Shown here piece by piece: positions 37,521 to 45,729 of a stretch of 48,830 nucleotides of DNA. Made by a program: the position numbers and the translations under genes. This DNA comes from a virus (Duplodnaviria; Caudoviricetes): positions 1 through 48,830 of the IMG/VR virus record IMGVR_UViG_3300038318_000308; one strand, given 5' to 3'. Below the pieces are notes generated by a model. That model was given only the letters and a program-made list of their open reading frames with translations. It was not told where the DNA came from and made no database searches. Every line of letters starts with the position of its first letter. Position 1 is the first letter of the stretch.

Positions 37521-38958
37521 TTAGTTTTTTGTAACTTTTATATTAAGTGTTTCAGTATCACTATCAACTACTAAATCATCAATTGATACAGGAGCTGTAT
37601 ATCCAGTTGCACTTGTTAAATCAAGCGATACTGCATATGTTCCATAACTAACATTGCTTATTGTTGCTCCACCAGTTGAGCCGGTTCCGGATGCACTAGT
37701 TGAGAATGTAATTGTATTATGAGCTTTATTTGTTAGTGTTATAACAGCATTTTGGACTCCGGCATCTGCATTATCTAATACAGATACAGATACATTTCCA
37801 GTTTTTATAACCATATTATTAATATTAAATGTAGTTTCTGAACTGGATACGGTTATTGATTGTGTATTATCGTTATAATTTGCATTTGTAATTGTACATT
37901 GATATGTTCCATCAACTACTGTTGTTGAAAATACACCATTGCCATTTGTAACTCCATTATAAGTATTTTTATCATTTGATAATTTTACTGTTGCACCATT
38001 TATATTATCTGTACCATCACTAACGGTTAATGTGATGGTGCGCCCTACTGGGTTCTCAGGGAGATGGATAACCAGTTAATGGGTCCCAGCCTTCAGGGAA
38101 AGTACGTTTTTCATCAGTACGTGTAATTGCTATTTTTGCAATTGCGTCTGGTCTTAATACAGCTGGTTTTTCATATAAAGTTAAATCTAAAACATCTTCA
38201 CGAGTTTCGGGTACTCTATATCTTTCTGTATTCATAGTTCCCATTTGAACTAACCATAATGGGTCTTGAGTTGTATCAATTAAATAAACATTATCGCCTA
38301 CTTCAGGTATTTTCATAATTGCCATTCCATCAACAGACATTCCTACATCTCCGGTGTTAACTACACCCGGAATACCTGAATTAGCATATACTTTAAAGTT
38401 AGGGTCTTTTATTAAATCTGCATAACTTCTTGCAGACATAAGTATAACATTTGGATTTACTCCATATGGATTTTCTTCTAATTGTGTTTTAGTATCTACT
38501 ATATCATCAAATGTTAATGTTGCATTTGCGGATTGAACTTCGAGTCCTGCTCCTGCAAGTAATACGTTAGATATATCTACATTTTCTTTTTTCATCATTC
38601 TTTCTGTTGCACGACGAGCTTCGTTGTCCCAGTAATTTTGGTCGAACTTCATCATAATTTTTGCTTCGTCGGTCATTCTAATACCAGTACCGTTTTGTCT
38701 AAGATTTAAAGTAATATTATCGTAAACATCGTGTGCTTTTGGTATTTCGGAACCTTCAACAACTTCAACTGCTGTTCCAGCTGACCATCGACGTGGTAAT
38801 ACTATTGCAAAACTATCTGTATTAACAACTTTAACAAATTGTCTAAAGTCAGATTCTGTTTCTATATATTGTATAATATCAGTACTAAGTTCCGGGTCCC
38901 ATGCGTTATCATTTGAAGCTACAGCTCCATTAGCGAATTCTGCTAAACCTTTTGCCAT
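37521..38958 (-). CDS. Extended major capsid protein (~478 aa, two C-terminal Ig-like domains) via +1 frameshift at CCC-UGA
   Basis: MCP ends TCT CCC TGA G. The +1 frame is open from 38057 for 178 codons (ENPVGRTITLTVSDGTDNINGATVKLS...MVIKTGNVSV...KVTKN*). It has no start codon before 37814 and a TAA at 38078-76. Confidence 0.78.
38056..38958 (-). CDS. Major capsid protein (HK97 fold)
   Basis: 300 aa; P.LS..I, V.EG.EIP, G..I..TDE, NVILMS, AVLRPDAI patterns; GGTGA RBS; position after protease and decoration genes. Confidence 0.9.
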   Translation of the reverse strand: MAKGLAEFANGAVASNDNAWDPELSTDIIQYIETESDFRQFVKVVNTDSFAIVLPRRWSAGTAVEVVEGSEIPKAHDVYDNITLNLRQNGTGIRMTDEAKIMMKFDQNYWDNEARRATERMMKKENVDISNVLLAGAGLEVQSANATLTFDDIVDTKTQLEENPYGVNPNVILMSARSYADLIKDPNFKVYANSGIPGVVNTGDVGMSVDGMAIMKIPEVGDNVYLIDTTQDPLWLVQMGTMNTERYRVPETREDVLDLTLYEKPAVLRPDAIAKIAITRTDEKRTFPEGWDPLTGYPSP

Positions 38959-38971
38959 TTTATCATCTCAC

Positions 38972-39421
38972 CTATTGTGCTCCAATATAAGCATAGATTA
39001 TATTATTACTGTCGGGGTTACTATAAGCTGTTCCAACTTTTTTAGTAGCATCTGTTGTTTTAGCAAAAGCACCATCTGCTCCCAATGTAATCATATCTCC
39101 TTCTTTGATAGTAGCATCGCCCATAACATGTATTAAGCAATTTCTAGCCATCGTAAAATACTTATCTTTTGGTATTGTATAATTTCCATCAAAATATGGA
39201 ACTTTACTTGTTAAATTAGTTTCAGCTTCTCCAGAAACTGCAAATACTATTCCACCAAAGTTAGCTATATCAGTTGTTGCTTCGGCAACTTTATAACCAT
39301 CATTAGTTACATATACAGCTTTACCTACTTTTTCTTTTGAGGAAGTAGTACCGTATGTTTTAATAGCATCTACGATTTCTTCTCCAGCTTTAACTGTAAA
39401 TTGGTCTCCACTTGTATCCAT
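38972..39421 (-). CDS. Capsid decoration/cement protein
   Basis: 149 aa between scaffold and MCP; IKEGDMITLGADG...VGTA pattern of DUF2190/gpD-like proteins. Confidence 0.6.
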   Translation of the reverse strand: MDTSGDQFTVKAGEEIVDAIKTYGTTSSKEKVGKAVYVTNDGYKVAEATTDIANFGGIVFAVSGEAETNLTSKVPYFDGNYTIPKDKYFTMARNCLIHVMGDATIKEGDMITLGADGAFAKTTDATKKVGTAYSNPDSNNIIYAYIGAQ

Positions 39422-39434
39422 TTAAATCACCTAT

Positions 39435-40478
39435 TTAATTGAAAAATTTTTGAATATGAAATTTATTAGTTGGTTCTTTATCATTTTTTAAAGAATCTTT
39501 TTGTTCTTCACTAAATTGTCCAATTTGTGGAGCGTTTTTTTCCATATCTTCTAACATTTTTAATGTACTGTTAATAAATTTTTCGTCAGCATCTTCTAGG
39601 TCAATAGTTTCTGCAATACCAAATTTGGTTGCAATTTCATATACTTTATCGACCTTTGCAGATAATTCTGCATCTTTTTGTTCTTGTACTGCTTTATGGA
39701 ATTGTTCGAGTTCTACGGAAGCTTCTTTTAGTTCTTTCTCGAATTGATTTCTTTCTGCAGTAATTTTTGTAATAGCACTTAATTTTTCTTCTTTGAATTC
39801 CTTGAACTCTTTTTCTTGGTCTTCAAATTTTTTCTCGAATTTTTCAGTAACTTCAGATATTTCATTTTCTTTATCTATAAGAGTTTGCTGTAATTCTTCG
39901 ATTGTTTTTTCAGTCATAAAATCACTTTTTAATTCCTTAAATTCTTCTTTAAATTTTTGTATACTAAAATCTGCTCCAACTGTTGCATTTCTATCTTCAC
40001 CAGCATATACAAGAGATAATTCTGGAATTTCAGTATTTCTTACTAAAATATGAGTATCATCTTCATCTCCAAACCAATGTGAACATTCACTAAATTTTTT
40101 GTGACAAGTTGAACAGTATGGTTCAAAACTAAAACCAATTGATACAGAATCAACATACCCTTTCTTGATTTTTTCAATAAGTTTTGTCTCATCTGGGTCA
40201 ATTTCAGCACTATATTGTACCGCTTTAGTATCAGTTTCTGGGTCAGTAACTGTTTTAGCATTTTTTACTACACCGATGATATCGTCAATAGAGTCACTAT
40301 GGTCCTTCATCAGTTTAGCGTTTTTGATACTTTTAGAGCATTTACTAATTTCAGATGGCTCAAATTCAAAGATATCTCTATATCTTCCTTCATGAATTGC
40401 CATTCCGCTTAATAAAAACTCTTCATTATCTTTATTCAAAGAAAAAGTGTTGTTTATTTCAAACTTATTATCTTGCAT
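39435..40478 (-). CDS. Prohead protease fused to a coiled-coil scaffold
   Basis: LMKDHS (His) and DSVSIGF (Ser) motifs of HK97-type proteases, CSTC...CSH insert, ELSLV, E/K-rich coiled-coil C-terminus; AGGTG RBS favours the start MQDNKF at 40478 (ORF track 40586). Confidence 0.85.
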   Translation of the reverse strand: MQDNKFEINNTFSLNKDNEEFLLSGMAIHEGRYRDIFEFEPSEISKCSKSIKNAKLMKDHSDSIDDIIGVVKNAKTVTDPETDTKAVQYSAEIDPDETKLIEKIKKGYVDSVSIGFSFEPYCSTCHKKFSECSHWFGDEDDTHILVRNTEIPELSLVYAGEDRNATVGADFSIQKFKEEFKELKSDFMTEKTIEELQQTLIDKENEISEVTEKFEKKFEDQEKEFKEFKEEKLSAITKITAERNQFEKELKEASVELEQFHKAVQEQKDAELSAKVDKVYEIATKFGIAETIDLEDADEKFINSTLKMLEDMEKNAPQIGQFSEEQKDSLKNDKEPTNKFHIQKFFN

Positions 40479-40520
40479 AGTTACACCTTTTACAATGATA
40501 TAAGAATAATAAGTATTATC

Positions 40521-40552
40521 GGGTATATAAATACCCAAATTTTTTAACAAAA
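40521..40552 (-). promoter_or_regulatory. Late promoter for the capsid genes
   Basis: Minus strand TTTTTTGTTAAAAAATTTGGGTA-TTTATATA-CCC; TATA about 45 nt upstream of the ATG at 40478. Confidence 0.55.
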
Positions 40553-40557
40553 AATAG

Positions 40558-40845
40558 TTATTTTTTAGTGTAGAAAGTATATCCACCGCATCTATATTTA
40601 CGAGTTTTTGGATAACCCCTTTGTTTAAGATGATATGTTATACTTCTACCATTAACGTTTAAATTATTAGTTTTGTATTTATCAATTATTGTATTTGCAA
40701 TTTCGTTGCTTGTCGCCTTACCTTTATCATTAAGCACATCTTCAGCGACTTCATATAATTTATTATAAGAATTAATAGATTGTTTCTTACTCACGGATAA
40801 CATCCCAGACATGATGATTATATTGATTGATTTGTTTACTTCCAC
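40558..40845 (-). CDS. Small basic winged-helix-like DNA-binding protein
   Basis: 95 aa; ATSNEIANTI...GRSITYHLKQRG helix-turn-helix pattern with a C-terminal wing; start uncertain. Confidence 0.5.
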   Translation of the reverse strand: MEVNKSINIIIMSGMLSVSKKQSINSYNKLYEVAEDVLNDKGKATSNEIANTIIDKYKTNNLNVNGRSITYHLKQRGYPKTRKYRCGGYTFYTKK

Positions 40846-40941
40846 ATTCGGGACATATCTTTAATACTTTATCGGATAATATTTGTTTCCCGCAATTATC
40901 ACATTTGTTTAATATTAAATTTTCTTGAATCGTCAAAATAA

Positions 40942-42393
40942 TCACTCTTGGTCTTTTTGGTCTTTTGTATCTTCAGGCGTACCCTTACCTGACTTATCTC
41001 TTGGTGTTTTGTCGTTACTTTTTGCATCTGGATTATCAGAAGCAGACTTTCCGGAACCTGATGTATTTGTAGTATCGGTTGTTGGTTGCATAGCAATTTC
41101 TTTTAATGAACTATCAACAAATTCTAAATCTTCAACATCAATTGCTTGGCCTCTATATCCTAATTGAGCTCTTGCTTCATTTCTAGATATTAACCCATAC
41201 TTAACAGCTGGGAATATCCAAGCAGCAGCATCAGAGTTTGCTTCAGCACTTAATACTGGAAATATTAAATAAATATTAAGATAATCATCACCTAAAATCT
41301 TACCTTGTGACTCAAGGAACGGTTTATAGAATTGTTCAATAAGCGCATCTGAGACTATCAACTGATAGTTTTGCAGGTCAGAAAGATATTGTGCAACTTG
41401 TACTTTGATTGCTGATAAATTATCTGCTTTTCCACCTAATAATTGGAACGGTACTGTAAGGATTCCTAAAGATTCTTTAAGCTCTTGTAAAATCTCTGGC
41501 AAATTATATTGACCTTGTGCTGCCCCTACTACGTCTGTTGTAATTCGTGCATCACTAATAATATCATTTGAATATTCATATTGGTCTTGTATAGACTTTA
41601 CGATATCATTTAACTCTTGGTCAGATAATTCTTGGTCTTCTTCTGCTTCTACTAACCAATGAACTATTGGTACAGCAAATTTATCAACAATTTCTGCAAT
41701 ATTTAGTTCTGTATTTAATAATAAATGTAAAGTTTCTACTAAACTACCTAATAATGAGCGACCATATACATTATCTAATCCTCTATCATAAGCAAAGCAT
41801 AATATGTCTTCTTTTGGTACATTAACATCACTATTTCCTCCAGAATAAGTCCAAGAATCAATTTTTCCATCTTTTATGACTGGTTGTACGTACTGTGGAT
41901 GAATATTGAAGATATTATCGGGCCTATCATTCTCTTTATCGCCAATATATGTAAATATTGTACCATATAATAGCATATATACGAAAATTTCCTTTAACTG
42001 ACTTCTTCTTAAATTTGCATGATATTGTGAACATAATAACTCTAAATCAGGCATTCTGTTTCCATCTAAATCAAAAATTTGCACATTATACATATCTGGA
42101 ACACAATTTGATGCTATTTTATTAAATAATCTGTTTAATATGGTACTTTCATATAAACCATCTATTAAATCGTAATCTAAATCATCAGAACCGTATATAT
42201 CATTATATGAAGCAAATCCTTGCGCATATGTTTCTTTCGTTAATCGTGAGACATCGGTACTAAATTTCTGTATTTTGTTTTTTTTTAAATTATTTGTTTC
42301 TTTATCTAAAGTCTGCGGCGAGATGAAGTTTTTAAGTCTCTGGAACCGTTGGCTATTCTTCTTTGTTGTTTTTGATTCTGATTTCTTTGCCAT
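40942..42393 (-). CDS. Portal protein
   Basis: 483 aa directly after terminase; LLYGTIF, NIHPQYV, YGRSLL, LTVPFQLLG and GLISRNEARAQLG portal motifs; GGAG RBS. Confidence 0.88.
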   Translation of the reverse strand: MAKKSESKTTKKNSQRFQRLKNFISPQTLDKETNNLKKNKIQKFSTDVSRLTKETYAQGFASYNDIYGSDDLDYDLIDGLYESTILNRLFNKIASNCVPDMYNVQIFDLDGNRMPDLELLCSQYHANLRRSQLKEIFVYMLLYGTIFTYIGDKENDRPDNIFNIHPQYVQPVIKDGKIDSWTYSGGNSDVNVPKEDILCFAYDRGLDNVYGRSLLGSLVETLHLLLNTELNIAEIVDKFAVPIVHWLVEAEEDQELSDQELNDIVKSIQDQYEYSNDIISDARITTDVVGAAQGQYNLPEILQELKESLGILTVPFQLLGGKADNLSAIKVQVAQYLSDLQNYQLIVSDALIEQFYKPFLESQGKILGDDYLNIYLIFPVLSAEANSDAAAWIFPAVKYGLISRNEARAQLGYRGQAIDVEDLEFVDSSLKEIAMQPTTDTTNTSGSGKSASDNPDAKSNDKTPRDKSGKGTPEDTKDQKDQE

Positions 42394-43847
42394 ATGCTAT
42401 CTCCTTTTATTTGGTTTGCACCTATTTTAAACCCAGTATTTCTTACTAATGGGGTATTTTTAAAATTTAATGGAAAATTAAGATTATAATTACATAAATT
42501 TAACGCATCAACGAAGTCGTCTGATGTACCTTTATGATAAACAATATTACCAGTATCAGTACTTTCACGTTTATATGACTCCATTTCTCTAACTAATTTT
42601 GGGTGTGGAACTATTTTATTGGTACCATTTTCAAGTGCTAATACAGATGCTTCAACTAATGACTTCTTACTTTCTTTAGAAAACTTAAATTCTTCTGTTT
42701 TATATGAAGTTTTACCCTCAATAAGCTCTGAAAATGCTAACCCAACACCGGTTGCATCAAAAATTAATCTTTTAAAGTTTGGAAATTTTTTCGGTATTAC
42801 TTTTATTAAATATTTTGCAATATTATCATATCTTGTCCCTAATGGGAATGGTTTATAGTATTTTGTTAATAATTTGTTATCTTCTGTTACCTCTGCGATG
42901 ATAAGAACCGAATTATTACGTTGTTTACCAATATCTATACCACCAACACATAGTTTATCGCTATAAAATCCGTCTGGTAATTCATCAATTGATGCTGATT
43001 TTATTAATTCATCACTATATACAACACTCAAATCATCTAAAAATTGAAGACAATATTCTTGTTTAAACTCAATTGTATCTAAAATATCTAAATCTTGACG
43101 TAATTCTTCAATACTAATTCTCGGTGTACCTGATTTAATAATTTGGTCATTATCATTCATAAAAGCAGTTGGTTTTTTAAAAACAGTAAATAATCCCTCG
43201 CCATCTGACTCTACCATATCATCATTTTCATATATTTTTTTTGCATTATAGATAGATTCAAAGAAAAAACCTCTTTTTGACCGTGGTGTCCCTGCTAAAA
43301 TAAGCTCAGAACGTCCAGTTTGACCACGAAAAACCGGCAAAATTTTACTAAATAATGTATCTGATACATCTTGCGCTTCATCAATAATTAGCAAATTAAC
43401 CCCAGAACCTATAACGCTTGAAGTATTTTCTTTACCTCCGGCGGTTCTAAAATCAATTTTTGACTTATTTATGAATTTTTTAGTAAATACATTATCAACT
43501 AATAGATAATCAAGCACTACTGCCGAACGTGAAATCATATCTGATACTGTATCTGCTAAATCACGTGACTGACTTTGGGTCGGTGAGAGTATATATATTT
43601 TATAATATTTATTGAAGAAACATTTCCATATCGAATACATAGCTACTACTAAAGATTTACCCATACGACGTCCTAAGAAATATACTTTCATAGCATCTTC
43701 ATCTCGTAACATAAGCTTTTGGTGGTCTTCTAATTTATATAAGTGACCACTATCATTAAATAACATATGTTCTACGAAATATACTGGGTCTTGATAACAT
43801 TTACGTAAAAAATTAACTTGCTCTTCTTCAAATTCCAAAGATTTCAA
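42306..43847 (-). CDS. terL: Terminase large subunit
   Basis: Walker A GRRMGKS, Walker B LLIIDEAQ, coupling motif GTP, FKQEY, RNase-H-like GIDIG, DATGVG and DDFVDAL; TTG start uncertain. Confidence 0.93.
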   Translation of the reverse strand: MKSLEFEEEQVNFLRKCYQDPVYFVEHMLFNDSGHLYKLEDHQKLMLRDEDAMKVYFLGRRMGKSLVVAMYSIWKCFFNKYYKIYILSPTQSQSRDLADTVSDMISRSAVVLDYLLVDNVFTKKFINKSKIDFRTAGGKENTSSVIGSGVNLLIIDEAQDVSDTLFSKILPVFRGQTGRSELILAGTPRSKRGFFFESIYNAKKIYENDDMVESDGEGLFTVFKKPTAFMNDNDQIIKSGTPRISIEELRQDLDILDTIEFKQEYCLQFLDDLSVVYSDELIKSASIDELPDGFYSDKLCVGGIDIGKQRNNSVLIIAEVTEDNKLLTKYYKPFPLGTRYDNIAKYLIKVIPKKFPNFKRLIFDATGVGLAFSELIEGKTSYKTEEFKFSKESKKSLVEASVLALENGTNKIVPHPKLVREMESYKRESTDTGNIVYHKGTSDDFVDALNLCNYNLNFPLNFKNTPLVRNTGFKIGANQIKGDSIWQRNQNQKQQRRIANGSRDLKTSSRRRL

Positions 43848-43929
43848 ACTCCATACTATAAATTATTACTATTTATGTAATAAGTATTATTTATACTTGT
43901 GATTTTTTTGACGATTAAAAATGAATACA

Positions 43930-43948
43930 TTTATATATGAAGTGAGAC
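43930..43948 (+). promoter_or_regulatory. TATA box followed by a TGAGAC motif, promoter of the divergent two-gene operon
   Basis: TTTATATA at 43930-37, TGAGAC at 43943-48, ATG at 43961 without an RBS (spacing fits a leaderless archaeal transcript). Confidence 0.55.
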
Positions 43949-43954
43949 AAATAA

Positions 43955-45001
43955 TTGTTTATGTTACAGAAATATTTTAGTGGTACACGTAATAATGACC
44001 AAAAAAATCGGGCTGTTTATAAAATTTATCAAGGACATTTTACTATGAAGCATTTTCGTGCGCGAATAAATCGTTTTCTTAAAGATGGTAAACCATTATC
44101 TGATTTACTTGATTTATATGCGTGTCTTATGGTTGTTGGTTTAGGTGATATATATGATGAATTTATTATGTCTGATGATGTAAATGATGAGACATCGTGC
44201 AAAACTTGTTTTTTAGAGCGTAAAATACCCCCTAATTACTCGTTTTTGATTGACCAATGGGAAGATACTGGTAGTTTTTATGGTATTACACCCGAAGATA
44301 TGATTACTTACCTATCTTATAATCCTAAATTAAATTTTGATTATGTTAGTGCTTTAGACTGTTTAAAACTTCAACCAAACGCAATTTATAGCATTTTTTA
44401 CCAAATAATGGGTAAAATGGGTGAATATTTCCGTATTTTGCCAGATATTGACGAACCAGTAATTATTCCAACCCCTAGTAAAATATTATCAGGTATGGAT
44501 TTTCCCGTGTTAGTGTGTAATTACCCACATACACTTGTGTGTAAGCGTGTAATGAATAATCTTTTTGTTTTTAATGAGGGTGATAAGGTGGTTGATGTTG
44601 TGTCTTTGGGTACGTTTCCGGTGTATAGTGAGACATTGAATCAGCGGCGTAATTATTTTTGGCGTGGGGGCGAGGAAGAGAAGATGCTTGTGTGTAGTAA
44701 GTATGAGGATTTGCATGAGGCTAGTAATATGTTGGGTGATAATTTAATGGTTAGACCATTAGGTGAGACATTCGTACGTTCTGGTTGGTTTATGTGGGGC
44801 CCTGATGCTATTTTCGCCGCGAAGGGAGTTAATAAGTTCGTTACTGGTGTTGATAAGGTTCAAACTACGTTTTATGGTGGTGTTACTGGGCCTCATTGGT
44901 ATAAGGTTAAGGACTTTTCTCCATATGCTGAATGTCGCCTTAAGGATTGTGTTTTTAGTGGCGAGGATATTTATACGATTGATAAATTAATTAATAGGTG
45001 A
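43955..45001 (+). CDS. Hypothetical protein, possibly a degenerate ATP-dependent DNA ligase-like fold
   Basis: 348-aa ORF (ATG at 43961 is the likely start); ligase-like motif remnants described under findings. The ORF is solid, the function is speculative. Confidence 0.6.
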   Translation: MFMLQKYFSGTRNNDQKNRAVYKIYQGHFTMKHFRARINRFLKDGKPLSDLLDLYACLMVVGLGDIYDEFIMSDDVNDETSCKTCFLERKIPPNYSFLIDQWEDTGSFYGITPEDMITYLSYNPKLNFDYVSALDCLKLQPNAIYSIFYQIMGKMGEYFRILPDIDEPVIIPTPSKILSGMDFPVLVCNYPHTLVCKRVMNNLFVFNEGDKVVDVVSLGTFPVYSETLNQRRNYFWRGGEEEKMLVCSKYEDLHEASNMLGDNLMVRPLGETFVRSGWFMWGPDAIFAAKGVNKFVTGVDKVQTTFYGGVTGPHWYKVKDFSPYAECRLKDCVFSGEDIYTIDKLINR

Positions 45002-45006
45002 TTATA

Positions 45007-45339
45007 ATGAGTGATAATGAAATGAAGAGTGAGACAAGTGAGACACCGAATGCGCGGGTTTCTGAAATTAAGCGTTTGTATATTGATGAGGGTAAGAGTT
45101 TACGAGAGGTCGAGAGTGAGACAGGCATTAGTCGTTCAACTTTGAATCGAATAGTGAGACAGTATGGTTTCTCAAAAACTCAAATCAGTAACAGTGAGAC
45201 AGCGCGCAATTTATTACTTGATGGTAAGACGGTTAATGAGATTGCTGATATATTGTTTGTCTCACCGCAAACTGTGAAGTTGTATTTGCGTGAGACGGGC
45301 GCGATGAGACATTCTGAATTTAATAGTTTACGAAATTAG
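45007..45339 (+). CDS. Double helix-turn-helix DNA-binding protein
   Basis: GKSLREVESETGISRSTLNRIV and GKTVNEIADILFVSPQTVKLYL; GGTGA RBS before the ATG at 45007 (ORF track 44998). Confidence 0.8.
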   Translation: MSDNEMKSETSETPNARVSEIKRLYIDEGKSLREVESETGISRSTLNRIVRQYGFSKTQISNSETARNLLLDGKTVNEIADILFVSPQTVKLYLRETGAMRHSEFNSLRN

Positions 45340-45448
45340 TCTCATGAGAATGTCTCAAGGGTGAGACATCGTTATTTTTTTTCTTCTTTTTTTGTCTCAT
45401 AATTGTGAGACGGCGTTATTTGTGCATTTATTTGCTGTCTCATGAGAC
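45030..45448. repeat. Cluster of 15 TGAGAC/GTCTCA motifs
   Basis: Copies start at 45030, 45039, 45117, 45155, 45195, 45259, 45291, 45305, 45339, 45352, 45362, 45394, 45406, 45437 and 45443, in both orientations. Confidence 0.85.
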
Positions 45449-45540
45449 ACCGGAATTTTTGGTGTAATTATAAGAGAAGTACGGGGCACCTGGAATTTTT
45501 GGATCATTCGTGCTAATTTTTAGGTACACCTAAATTTTAA

Positions 45541-45599
45541 TTTGTCATGATTAATCATTATAAATCTATGATCACTATTTGTCATGATTAATCATTATA
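45541..45599. repeat. 22-bp direct repeat, each copy containing the palindrome ATGATTAATCAT
   Basis: TTTGTCATGATTAATCATTATA at 45541-62 and 45578-99. Confidence 0.85.
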
Positions 45600-45649
45600 T
45601 ATTTTTGAGTTCCTATATAATAATATAAGGGTACTTTTTTTAAAAAATA

Positions 45650-45665
45650 CCAAAACCTTTATATA
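45650..45665 (+). promoter_or_regulatory. Archaeal BRE/TATA promoter of the plus-strand small-gene cluster
   Basis: CCAAAACC-TTTATATA (TATA at 45658-65), upstream of RBS GGAAGTGA and ATG 45730. Confidence 0.6.
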
Positions 45666-45729
45666 CTGAATGGTACTAAAGTACTATTAAGCAAGTACAA
45701 AAAAAGTATTTGTTTTTGGAAGTGAAAAA

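Noticed and set aside
37521-37814. Independent 97-aa gene as given in the ORF track
   Set aside because: No RBS before ATG 37814, and the frame continues 81 codons upstream with a second Ig-like domain up to the MCP stop
38020-38058. In-frame UGA readthrough or selenocysteine at the MCP stop
   Set aside because: Readthrough adds only 11 further residues before a TAG; the long Ig-coding frame is +1
16724-42308. Stop-codon reassignment (several genes end in TAG)
   Set aside because: TAG stops are followed closely by the RBS and start of the next gene, and proteins have normal lengths under the standard code
42306-42393. 88-nt terL/portal overlap as a frameshift fusion or error
   Set aside because: The portal has its own GGAG RBS and ATG, TerL is complete before the overlap, and no clear slippery site is needed to explain it
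259-42858. Numerous 60-120 aa plus-strand ORFs and nested minus-strand ORFs within the late genes
   Set aside because: They are antisense or out-of-frame shadows of long, well-supported genes, often over low-complexity linkers, without their own RBS or recognisable motifs
42306-43847. Intein or intron in terminase, portal or capsid genes
   Set aside because: Lengths are ordinary and no splice-junction or homing-endonuclease motifs were seen
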